Below are positions 29,409 to 38,227 of a DNA stretch of 64,000 nt, piece by piece; position 1 is the stretch's first letter; each line of letters starts with the position of its first letter. Below the pieces are notes generated by a model. It was given only the letters and a program-made list of their open reading frames with translations. It ran no database searches and had not been told where the DNA came from. The stretch comes from an uncultured Planctomycetaceae bacterium. GTDB taxonomy: Bacteria > Planctomycetota > Planctomycetia > Planctomycetales > Planctomycetaceae. The translations under genes were made by a program, and so were the position numbers. Where the stretch lies: contig OY970228.1 of assembly GCA_963714075.1 (NCBI GenBank), forward strand, positions 5,753,696 to 5,817,695, given 5' to 3'.

Positions 29409-31179
29409 TTGCCCATGCCCCAGAAAGACCCGCCTTTTTCGGATGATCGAGATTCGGATTCGGACCTGTGGAGAGGCGCCCGAATGTCGGGCTCGGGCCG
29501 TTTTGCGCCGCCCAAGCTCTCGAACTACTTGGGCCTGGGAACTGCGGCCGTCGTGCTCGGCGCAGCGATCGTTGGCTGGGTGATCTATCGCCAGTTCATC
29601 GTCGACGTGCCGAATGAGCACATTGCGATCCTGATCAAGAAGGAAGGGTTGGACCTCGAGAACAGCGACGAGGTTGCTCCGGACGAAGAACATCGCGGAG
29701 TGCAAAGCGCTGTGCTGACCGAGGGCCGGTACTTCCGCAATCCGTTTTATTGGGATTGGAAGATCGTGCCGCAGGTCGTCATCAAAGAAGGCATGATGGG
29801 CATTCGCATCAGCATGGCCGGCGACGACCTTCCCTACGGCGAATTCCTGGCCAGGCTCGATGAAAAGGGGCGGCCGATTACGAAGGGTGTCATTCCTGGA
29901 GTGCTCAGGCCCGGTCGCTATCAGATCAATCCGTATTTGTATCAGGTCGCTGAATCAAAGCCGGTGACTGTCCCGGCCGGATTCGTGGGCATTCAGACTA
30001 ATCTGGCCGGCCCATTCGCAAAAGATCCGAACCGGTTTCTTGTGCCGAAGGGATTTCGCGGCGTCGAGGCGGAGCCGCTGCAGCCGGGAACCTATTACGT
30101 CAACCCGTATGAGACTCGCATCAACATCGTCGATTGCCGCAGTCAGCGCTTCAACCTGGCCGCCAAGAATGAAGACATGGGCTTCCCCTCGAAGGACGGT
30201 TTCTGGGTGAGCCTGGACGGGATCATCGAGTTCCGCATCAAGCCCGAAAAGGCGGCCGAAGTCTTCGTGGTTTACAACGAGCACAAGAACGGCGATGCGA
30301 TGATCGACCAGGAAATCATTGACAAGATCATCCGGCCGAGCGCCTTGAGCTTCTGCCGCTTAAACGGCTCGAACGAGAGCGGCCGACAGTTCATCCAGGG
30401 CGAAACGCCGCACGCAGTTTCAGGAGGAGTTTCAAAAGGCGATGAAAGCCTCGTGCGACCAGCTGGGCGTCGAGATCATTCAGGCCTTGATCACCAAGAT
30501 CAAGCCGCCGCAGAAGATCGCCAAGCCGGTGCGGGATCGCGAGATCGCCAAGCAGCAGGAGCTGCAGTACCGCCAGCAAATCCTGCAGCAGGAGTCGCAG
30601 CAGAAGCTGGCGATTGAGACCGAAATGGTCAAGCAGAAGGAAGCCCTCGTCAAAGCCGATCAACAGGTCATTAAGCTCACGACGCAAGCCACCCGGGAAA
30701 TGGACGTCGCGATCACCAAGTCGAATCAAGACCTCAAGGTCGCGCAGTTCAAACTCGAAGCGGCCAAGGACGAGGCGGCCGCGACCGTGTCGCGCGGCAA
30801 GGCGGCCGCAGAGGTCGTGCATTTTCAGAACGAGGCCGAGGCCGCGGGATGGAAGCAGTCAGTGAACGCGTTCGGAGGAGAGGGGGCCGCATTCGCCCGC
30901 TACACGCTCTACAAGAAGATGGCCGTGGCTTACCGCGAGATCATGGTCAACACGAAAGACAGCCCGATCATGCAGATCTTCCAGTCTTTCAACGCGCCAG
31001 GCAACACGGGTCAGAAGGCGGTCGCGAAGCCCGGCGCGCCCGAGAAAATCGCGCCAACTTCTCCGGTCAATCCCGCTCCTCGCGCAGCCAGTCTGACGCG
31101 CCGCGAGAGTAGCCCGGTCGGCAACGCCGAGAGCCCTCGGCCGTCGGTTCGCAGCCAAGGAGACCAGTCCCATGAGTAG
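29409..31179 (+). CDS. flotillin-like SPFH/band-7 domain protein (paralog 1), frame interrupted by 1-nt indel near 30408-30417
   Basis: ORF 29409..30617 (N-terminal TM + SPFH domain) and ORF 30442..31179 (..QFQEEFQKAMKASCDQLGVEIIQALITKIKPPQ.. then EA-rich coiled coil ..KAAAEVVHFQNEAEAAGW..) join into one ~590-aa protein across a +1 frame change. Confidence 0.7.
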
Positions 31180-32830
31180 CCTCTCGAATTCCTCGCGATC
31201 CCGCGTCAAACGATTCGTCCCGGCGGGAACAGTGGCGCTACTTGTGCTCGTTTGCGCCGGTCTCTGGTCGACGATCGAGTGGGGCTACAACCGGATCTAT
31301 GTCTCGGAAGGGAAGAGCCTGCTGTTGCGCTACAAAGGCTTTCCGTTGTTCGGCATGACCAAGCCGCCGGCGGAGCCAGGGCACTTTGCCCGCGTCGATG
31401 AGGCCGGAAATCCCCTCGAGATCGGATACCTCGAGCGTTTGCGGGGCCCCGGTCGACACTTCTATTGCCCGCTCTGGTGGGAGCGCGAGCTGGTCGAAGA
31501 CCTTGTGATCGAGGGGGGGCACGTCGGCATCGCCGCCTGCAAGATGGGCGACGATCTGCCGCGCGGCGAATTCCTCGTCGACGGCGCGCTGGGTGCCACG
31601 ACTCAAAAGGGAATCCTGCGCAACGTGCTCGCGCCCGGCCGCTATCGCATTAATCCGTATGCCTATTCGGTCGAGGTCGTCGGCGAGCAAGTCGTGAAAT
31701 CCGGCACCCAGGAAAAGCACGCCGGATGGGTGAACATCCCCACGGGACTCGTGGGGGTCATCACTCACCTTGCTCCCAACAAGGCCCTCGGAACGCTTCC
31801 CGGTATCCAAAACAAGGTTCTGCAGCCAGGGATTTATCCCGTCAATCCGAAAGAGGCGCAGGTCGACATCATCGGCGTCGGATTCAGCATTACGAGCGTC
31901 AACTCGAACTTTAAGCGCGAGTCCGACGGCCAGGTGCTGCTCGACGAGAGCGGCGAGCCGATCATCGCCGACGATGACAACGGCATTCGCTTTCCGTCCA
32001 ACGATGGCTTCGATATCCACATGGATTTCACCGCCGTTTGGGGAATCACACCGCAGCAGGCGCCCGACGTGCTCCGCAAGTTTGGCACCACCGAGGCCGT
32101 GGAAACGAAAGTGGTCATGCCCCAAATCGAAAGTATCTGCCGCAACCAGGGTTCCCGGCTCGGTGCTGTCGAGCTGCTCGTGGGTGAATCGCGAATGAAG
32201 TTTCAGGAAGACACGACCGCCGCATTCGAGAAAGTGCTGCAGGAAAAGGACCTTACGCTGCTGCATGGACTGGTGCGCCACATCTACATTCCGCTCGAGG
32301 TGCGGGAGCCGATCCAGCAACGGTTCATTGCCGATGAAATCAAGCTGACGAACGAACAGAAGCAGATCACGCGAAAGACCGAGGCGACGCTGCAGGAAGC
32401 CACGGCCAAGGTCGAATACGAATCGCAGCGCATTGCCGTCGAGACCGAAAAACTCGAAGCCGAAAGGATCGCCGAGGGACGACGCACGTCTGAAGAGACG
32501 CGTGCGGAGACCGTCCAAAAGCAGGCGGCGATCGACAAGCGCACCGCGGAGATCCAGGCGCAGGCGACGATCCTGAAGGGCGAGGCGGAAGCGACGGCCA
32601 AAAAGATGCTCGAACAGGCCAAGGCCCAAAAGCTTCAGTTGGCCGTATCGGCCTTCGGCTCTGCGGAATCCTACAACCAATGGGTGTTTGCGACCGGGTT
32701 GCCCGAAGACCTGAAGTTGAATCTCTTGTACGCGGGCGACGGCACGTTCTGGACCGATCTGAAGGGGTTCAGCGACACGCTTCTCGGTCGGCAGCAGCAG
32801 TCGCAGTCACACAATCCGCCATCCCCCTAG
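31172..32830 (+). CDS. flotillin-like SPFH/band-7 domain protein (paralog 2)
   Basis: 552 aa; start overlaps paralog-1 stop by 8 nt; same architecture: N-terminal TM (..AGTVALLVLVCAGLW..), SPFH core (..RINPYAYSVEVV.., ..DGFDIHMDFTAVWGI..), C-terminal coiled coil (..KQAAIDKRTAEIQAQATILKGEAEATAKKMLE..). Confidence 0.75.
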   Translation: MSSLSNSSRSRVKRFVPAGTVALLVLVCAGLWSTIEWGYNRIYVSEGKSLLLRYKGFPLFGMTKPPAEPGHFARVDEAGNPLEIGYLERLRGPGRHFYCPLWWERELVEDLVIEGGHVGIAACKMGDDLPRGEFLVDGALGATTQKGILRNVLAPGRYRINPYAYSVEVVGEQVVKSGTQEKHAGWVNIPTGLVGVITHLAPNKALGTLPGIQNKVLQPGIYPVNPKEAQVDIIGVGFSITSVNSNFKRESDGQVLLDESGEPIIADDDNGIRFPSNDGFDIHMDFTAVWGITPQQAPDVLRKFGTTEAVETKVVMPQIESICRNQGSRLGAVELLVGESRMKFQEDTTAAFEKVLQEKDLTLLHGLVRHIYIPLEVREPIQQRFIADEIKLTNEQKQITRKTEATLQEATAKVEYESQRIAVETEKLEAERIAEGRRTSEETRAETVQKQAAIDKRTAEIQAQATILKGEAEATAKKMLEQAKAQKLQLAVSAFGSAESYNQWVFATGLPEDLKLNLLYAGDGTFWTDLKGFSDTLLGRQQQSQSHNPPSP

Positions 32831-32960
32831 CCGCGAATCTGAAGCGCGTCTGACAAGAAGGGAACGGGCTCCAGGCGGGGCCCGTTCCCTTTCCTTTTGG
32901 TCGCCCTAAGATGGGTTGCGGCGGAGGCCGATCTTCGATTCCTTTTTAAGGCGACCTTCC

Positions 32961-33287
32961 ATGCAAGACAGCAAGTTTTGGCGATTCGTCGCCGTCGTGG
33001 GGTGCGTTGGGATCTTCTACGTGGGACACGGACTACACAATCGGGGCAGAGAGGGACTGCCGTCGCTCGTCAACTCGGCGCACGCCGGCGGTGTCGCGGT
33101 CGATGCGATTGGAGCCGGAGCGGGAAGGTCAGCCACTCGTATTTATACGTCGAATGAAACTGGCACGATTTTGTACGTTTGGAATGCCCCGACCGGCGGA
33201 GAGCCAGCTCCAAGACACATGGCGACCGTTGGCGTGCCCAAAGACAACTGGCTGCCGTCGACACCGGCCCCGCAAGAGAGCAAGTGA
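32961..33287 (+). CDS. small hypothetical secreted protein (weak call)
   Basis: Internal ATG of ORF 32916..33287; hydrophobic N-terminus WRFVAVVGCVGIFYVG; no homology recognised. Confidence 0.2.
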   Translation: MQDSKFWRFVAVVGCVGIFYVGHGLHNRGREGLPSLVNSAHAGGVAVDAIGAGAGRSATRIYTSNETGTILYVWNAPTGGEPAPRHMATVGVPKDNWLPSTPAPQESK

Positions 33288-33544
33288 GCGATCCGTTCGA
33301 ACTTGGAACTCAGCCTTTCCGGCAGAGTCAACGCGCGGCTCTAGTTGCCAGTTTTCCAGGCAAAAAGCCGGTCTTGACCCGATTTGGCGAATTTGTAGAA
33401 TTCCGCCCGCCTCTCTCCCATCCCCTACAAATCCAATCTCAAACTTCCGGCCGTACCGGCACCTCGATCTCGTCGTGGACTCCTCTATCGCGCGGAGTCG
33501 CCGCGATCCGAGCAAGACCTGGTTGAAACAAGGGAGATCTTGTC

Positions 33545-34273
33545 ATGAGCGAGTCGCAACTGCGCGTCAAATTGCTTGTCGCCGCGGGGATTGTGGGAGC
33601 GTCTTTGCTCGGCGCCTCGTTCGTCGGTTGTTCTGGAACATCGCCCTTACAGGCCAGCACTCCGTTCGCATCGTATAACGGCTCGCCCATGGCGCCTGGC
33701 GGCGGCATGCCCGGGCCGATGGCTTATAACGGGCCGGCAGCCGCGCCTGGTGTCAACGGATATTCCCAACAGAATCGCCAGGCCTTCATGGCTGAGACTC
33801 AGCGGATGGGGAGCCAGCAGAATCTGACGGCTCAAGACGTCGTCGCCATGTCGCGAAGCGGCATCCCCGATACGCAGATCGCGATCGCCATTCAGCAACG
33901 CGGCGCGTCGCTCAAGGCGACTCCCGGTGCCGATCAGTACCTGGCCGCCAATGGCGTGAATCCGGCCGTGCTCAATGGGCCCGGTCCGGGAGTTCCGTAT
34001 GCTCCGGCTTACGCCGCACCGCAGCAGCAGGTTGCGACAGCTTCGATGGGTCAGCAACCCGGATATCCGTCGGCCGGCATGCAGTTCGCGCAGGCCGGGC
34101 CGCCGAGTGCTGGAAACGTCGGAGCTCCGATGAATGTGGCCATGCAGCAGCCGTCCACCACCGCTGGCGATCCCGCCCTTCAATCGGCCGGATACCAGAC
34201 TGCGGCCGGCGCGCCTGGTTACGATCCGTCGGCTGCCACGGGGGGTCAATCCTGGCGCCCGATGGCCCATTGA
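33545..34273 (+). CDS. low-complexity (G/P/A/Q/M-rich) putative lipoprotein
   Basis: 242 aa; signal peptide with lipobox-like ..SFVGCSG..; remainder compositionally biased. Confidence 0.45.
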   Translation: MSESQLRVKLLVAAGIVGASLLGASFVGCSGTSPLQASTPFASYNGSPMAPGGGMPGPMAYNGPAAAPGVNGYSQQNRQAFMAETQRMGSQQNLTAQDVVAMSRSGIPDTQIAIAIQQRGASLKATPGADQYLAANGVNPAVLNGPGPGVPYAPAYAAPQQQVATASMGQQPGYPSAGMQFAQAGPPSAGNVGAPMNVAMQQPSTTAGDPALQSAGYQTAAGAPGYDPSAATGGQSWRPMAH

Positions 34274-34468
34274 GCTTGCATTAGACACGCGGATCTTCTC
34301 TGCTATAACGGCCCTGTCGGCTGCACACCCGGAAACAGTTTGGGCCGATGCTCAGCATGCCTGGGTCGAACCGCCTGGTTCGCCCCAGGGGTGCTGCAAT
34401 CGGGGGACCGCGCTGTGCCCGTCCCCAGTCAGCCCACTTCCACTTTCGCCTTCATTTCGCACGAGACC

Positions 34469-35791
34469 ATGACACGCAGTTGCGATTCTCCCCGACGGGT
34501 TGTCATCACTGGCGTCGGCGTCGTCAGCCCCCTGGGAATCGGTTACGAAACCTTCAGCAAGAACCTGCTCGAGGGCAAGAGCGGCATTTCGCGGCTCGAG
34601 TCGGTCTCCTATTCGGGTGCGCCCAAAAACGTCGGCGGGGAAATCAAAGACTTCACCGACACGTCGGCCAAGAACGAATACCTGAAAAAACAGCGCAAAA
34701 GCATCAAGGTGATGTGCCGGGAGATCCAGTTCGGCGTGGCTTCGGCCTCGCTGGCGATCGAAAACTCGGCCCTCGACCTGGAAGCCATTGATCACGAGCG
34801 GTTCGGCGTCGAGTTCGGCGCGAACCTGATGTTCAGCCCCCCGGACGTGCTTAAAGAGCCGGCCTGGCACTGCGTCGACGAAGGCGATACCGAGTTTCGC
34901 TTCCGCCTGAAGCACTGGGGTACGGAGGGGATCAGCAATCTCGAGCCGCTCTGGCTCTTGCGGTATCTGCCCAACATGCCGGCCTGCCACATCGGCATCT
35001 ATGCCGACGCCCGCGGCCCGAGCAACTCGATCACGCAGAACGAAGCGTCGGGCAACCTGGCGGCGGCCGAAGCCTTTTACGTGATCCTGCGGGGACAGGC
35101 CGACACCATGGTGGCCGGCACCACGGGCACGCGAATCCATCCCGTCAAATCGATGCACGCCGCCCTGTGGGACATCCTGGCCGAACACGGCGACGATCCA
35201 CCCGAAACCTGGTGCCGTCCGTTCGATAAAACGCGGAAGGGCGAGGTGCTGGCCGAAGGCGCCTGCTCGATGATCCTCGAAGAAGAGAGCCACGCGAAGG
35301 CCCGCGGCGCGAAAATTCTGGGTCGCATCCTGGGTGCCGGTTCGTCGTGCGCGTTCGATCGCAATGGCACGAACAAGGTCACTCGGGCGATCGTCAACGC
35401 GGCCCGCGCGGCCCTCCGCGACGCCGGCCTGACTCCGGCCGACATCGGCCACGTCAACGCGCACGGCCTGGGGACGCCCTGGATCGACGTCGACGAGGCC
35501 CTCGCGATTCACGAAATCTTCGGCCCGGCCGGCGAGACCGTGCCGGTGACGGCCCTCAAAAGCGTGCTGGCGAACGCGGGCGCCAGCTGCGGCACGCTGG
35601 AACTCGCGGGATCGTTGGCCGGGCTTGAGCAGAGTGTCGTGCCCGCCACCAAAAACTATCGGGTGCCCGACCCGGCCTGCCGCCTCAACATTGTGCACGA
35701 TAAGCCGCTGCCGATCGCGAACCGCGTCGTGCTCAACATCAACGTGACGACCTGCGGCCAAGCCGCGGCACTGGTCGTTGAGGCCGCGTGA
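34469..35791 (+). CDS. beta-ketoacyl synthase (KAS)-like protein with degenerate active site (Cys->Glu, His->Asn)
   Basis: Start at MTRSCDSPRRVVITGVGVVSPLG..; thiolase fold throughout; ungapped alignment to FabF active-site region RGPSISIATACTSG gives RGPSNSITQNEASG (catalytic Cys replaced by Glu); first His retained (HVNAHGLGTP) but GHxxG His replaced (..KSVLANAGASCG..). Confidence 0.8.
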   Translation: MTRSCDSPRRVVITGVGVVSPLGIGYETFSKNLLEGKSGISRLESVSYSGAPKNVGGEIKDFTDTSAKNEYLKKQRKSIKVMCREIQFGVASASLAIENSALDLEAIDHERFGVEFGANLMFSPPDVLKEPAWHCVDEGDTEFRFRLKHWGTEGISNLEPLWLLRYLPNMPACHIGIYADARGPSNSITQNEASGNLAAAEAFYVILRGQADTMVAGTTGTRIHPVKSMHAALWDILAEHGDDPPETWCRPFDKTRKGEVLAEGACSMILEEESHAKARGAKILGRILGAGSSCAFDRNGTNKVTRAIVNAARAALRDAGLTPADIGHVNAHGLGTPWIDVDEALAIHEIFGPAGETVPVTALKSVLANAGASCGTLELAGSLAGLEQSVVPATKNYRVPDPACRLNIVHDKPLPIANRVVLNINVTTCGQAAALVVEAA

Positions 35792-35844
35792 GCGCGGCAC
35801 TCGTTGAGGCCGCGTGAGCGCACTTGTTGTCGAGGCCGCCTGAA
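35766..35844. repeat. three tandem imperfect copies (26-27 nt) of the KAS-like gene 3' end including its stop codon
   Basis: gcggcactggtcgttgaggccgcgtga / gcgcggcactcgttgaggccgcgtga / gcgcacttgttgtcgaggccgcctga; each would encode ..A(A)LV(V)EAA*; copy junctions form GC hairpins (gccgcg-tgag-cgcggc). Confidence 0.7.
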
Positions 35845-35861
35845 AGACCGCTGTCGGCGGG

Positions 35862-37384
35862 CTACTTCGAGGCGGGAGCGATTGCCGAGGGGACGGACGC
35901 GCTACCGGACTTATCCGCTCCCGGATTAAGTTTCTTGAGCGCCAATTGAGCGCCGCGATAGGCCGAGAGTTGTCGGGACTTCGTCGAGAGGGCCCGCTGA
36001 AACATGTCGGCCGCCTCGCTCGTTTTTCCGGCGCCGCGCGGGTCAGGCCGATGAAGTAGCAGGCCTCACACGTTTGATCGGTCTTAAGCGGTTCCTTGGC
36101 GGTTTGGGCCGCCGCGAGGAGTTGGCCTTCGGATTCCGCGCCCAAAAGGTAGGCGATCAGGTGGTCGACCCACGTCCGCAGCTTAATGTCCTTGGACAGG
36201 CTCTCTTTGAATTGATCCTTGAGCCCGTTCGTCTTCCCTAACCGCTGCAGGGCGACGATTCTCCACGGGTTGAGATGTTTGAATTCTGGGTCGATCGCGA
36301 GGGCGGCGTCCAACGGCGCCAACGCGCCGGCATAATCGTCGGCAAAGGACAGCACAAAGCCGAGATCACCCAGCGCCACCGGATCCTTGGGCGAGAGCTC
36401 GACGGCCGCCTGCTGGTCTTTAATTGCCCCGGCCGCGTCTCCCTTGGCAATTTTCGCTTGAGCCCGCAGGTTGTACACGAACGCCTGCTGCGGATTGATC
36501 CGCAGCGATTGGGTGAAATCGGTCTCGGCAGCCGTCGGGTTTTCCATCTGCAACAACGTGAACCCTCGATTCGCGTAGGCGACGAAATAGTTCGGATCCC
36601 GCTCGATTGCCCGAGTGAAATCCACGATCGCGTCGTCAAACTTTCCCTGGTTTTGCAGGTACATGCCTCGATTGTTCAGGCTGAGCGGATTTTCGGGGAA
36701 CAACTCGACCAGCTTGTTGAAGGCGGCCAGCGCTTCGGCGTTTTTGCCCGCCTTGACGTAAACGTCGGCCAACGTGGCCCGCGCTCCGAAGTGTGACGGA
36801 GCCAGCCGCAGGCCTTCCTGCAGATCGTTGATGGCCTCGTCGTTCTTGCCGAGCCAAGCTTCGGCCTGGGCACGCTGGTAAAGCAGATTGGCCCGCTCGT
36901 CTTCCTTGAGCGTGGGCCGTCCCAGAACGAGCGTGGCCTGATCAACCGCCGTCTGCGCGTGATCTTTGCGGTTCTCGAGCGTCGCCAGGCTCTTCATTCC
37001 AAAGAGATAGGGGAGGTAATAAAGCGACGTCTGCTGAGTGTCGAAGCGGATCGCCTCGCGGGCGTCGGCCACGCCGTCGCGAACGAGCTTGGCATCGAAA
37101 GTCCGCGCACCCAGATCGACGCGGGCGCTGCCGCGGAGGTAGTACGCGACTGAATCGCGGGGATTCTCCTTCAAAACCGCGTCCATCAACTCGATCGTCT
37201 TGGGGAAATCACCCGCTTGATAGGCCGATTGCGCCTGGGTTTTCTTTTGCTCGTGCTCGGGATTGGTGTCGCGCTCCATCTGCTGAGAACGGCGAAACAA
37301 CGGGAGAAGCTGCGCGTCGGCAGTTGCCGAGAGGGCAAACGAGCAGCCGATAAACAGCAGGACAATGACCGAACGGCGTGCCAT
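35862..37384 (-). CDS. secreted TPR-repeat protein, frame interrupted by 1-nt indel near 36024-36032
   Basis: Start MARRSVIVLLFIGCSFALSATADAQ (signal peptide); many TPR units (..AYYLRGSARVDLG.., ..NNRGMYLQNQGKFDDAIVDFTRAIERDPNYFVAYANRG..); after ..CYFIGLTRAAP the sensible continuation (..GKTSEAADMFQRALSTKSRQLSAYRGAQLALKKLNPG..*) lies in the adjacent frame, ending at 35862. Confidence 0.65.
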
Positions 37385-37626
37385 GAGTGACCCTTTTTCG
37401 TCGAAAACGGGACCGGCGATGCGCAAACGCGATCCCTTCGCCAACTCGTGAAATCTCAAGCCAGAGACGCCTCGCGGAGAGTTGGCTGCTTAAGACTGTA
37501 TCGGCCGCGGTTCGACCGATCCAGCGCTCCGGGATTGGAGAGGCGATCGGCCCCGGGTGACCCAAAATGAGTCCCGTCCAACGCCCCCCTCAAAAAGGCG
37601 TCCCGAGCGTCGAATGGGAAGCAGAC

Positions 37627-37718
37627 AGATTCACTCGGCCCCAAGTTTCCCGAGTGAATTTGGGATCCCAAATGGCGAGTCGGCGCGGGCGTCAAAAATG
37701 CCGCCGGGCGGCATTTTC
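37627..37718 (+). promoter_or_regulatory. cluster of three consecutive hairpins/palindromes in the divergent TPR / nusA intergenic region (candidate leader/attenuator or small RNA)
   Basis: attcactcgg-(11 nt)-ccgagtgaat (10-bp stem); perfect 14-bp palindrome tttgggatcccaaa; caaaaatgccgcc-ggg-cggcattttcag (GC stem flanked by A-run and T-run, terminator-like on both strands). A second hairpin + T7 run (..gtgcccgctttttttg..) sits at ~38105-38135 and a GC-rich palindrome (ggcgggcgggccgcccgcc) at ~38180-38200 just before nusA ATG. Confidence 0.3.
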
Positions 37719-38227
37719 AGATCGCAGGAAGCCCTTGGCTGCTTGACTGTTTGGTTCGCTCAGAGTATCGTCTTCGATGGTCCGTTTTGATCCCTCGACG
37801 ACGTCCTGGATGTTCGTTGCAGGGAGAAGGTATAGAATTGAGTCGGTTGGGCCTGGACCCGACAGGTCCCGAATTGTAGTCCCGTGCTGTCTGTGGGGAC
37901 GAACGTTGTTGGAGCGGTTTGCCGCTGGAAGGCTTTGACGGGCGCAGGGTTTGGCTGGTGCGGAAAATAAAAAGGGCATCAGAGATGTGACCGTGCAGTA
38001 AGGCCAAGGCCGAAAGTTCGTTCCTCACAAACGTCGTTGGCTTCTGTGTCGCACGCTGCGGCCGGAAGGGGCTGGTTCTCCGACGGGGAGAGTCAGCGGA
38101 AAAGTGGGACTTGTGCCCGCTTTTTTTGTTCCAACGGGCCCGCCGGCGGGCTCGGAAGACAGCGCGGGGGAGAGAGGTCGGGACAAGGCGGGCGGGCCGC
38201 CCGCCGAACGGTTGCGGAAGGAATAAC

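Noticed and set aside
34352-37459. 1035-aa minus-strand ORF that spans the KAS-like gene in antisense
   Set aside because: Only the 5' third (35862..37384) is a real TPR gene. The rest is a stop-free antisense frame of the KAS-like gene, which is typical of high-GC DNA. The true C-terminus lies in the adjacent frame.
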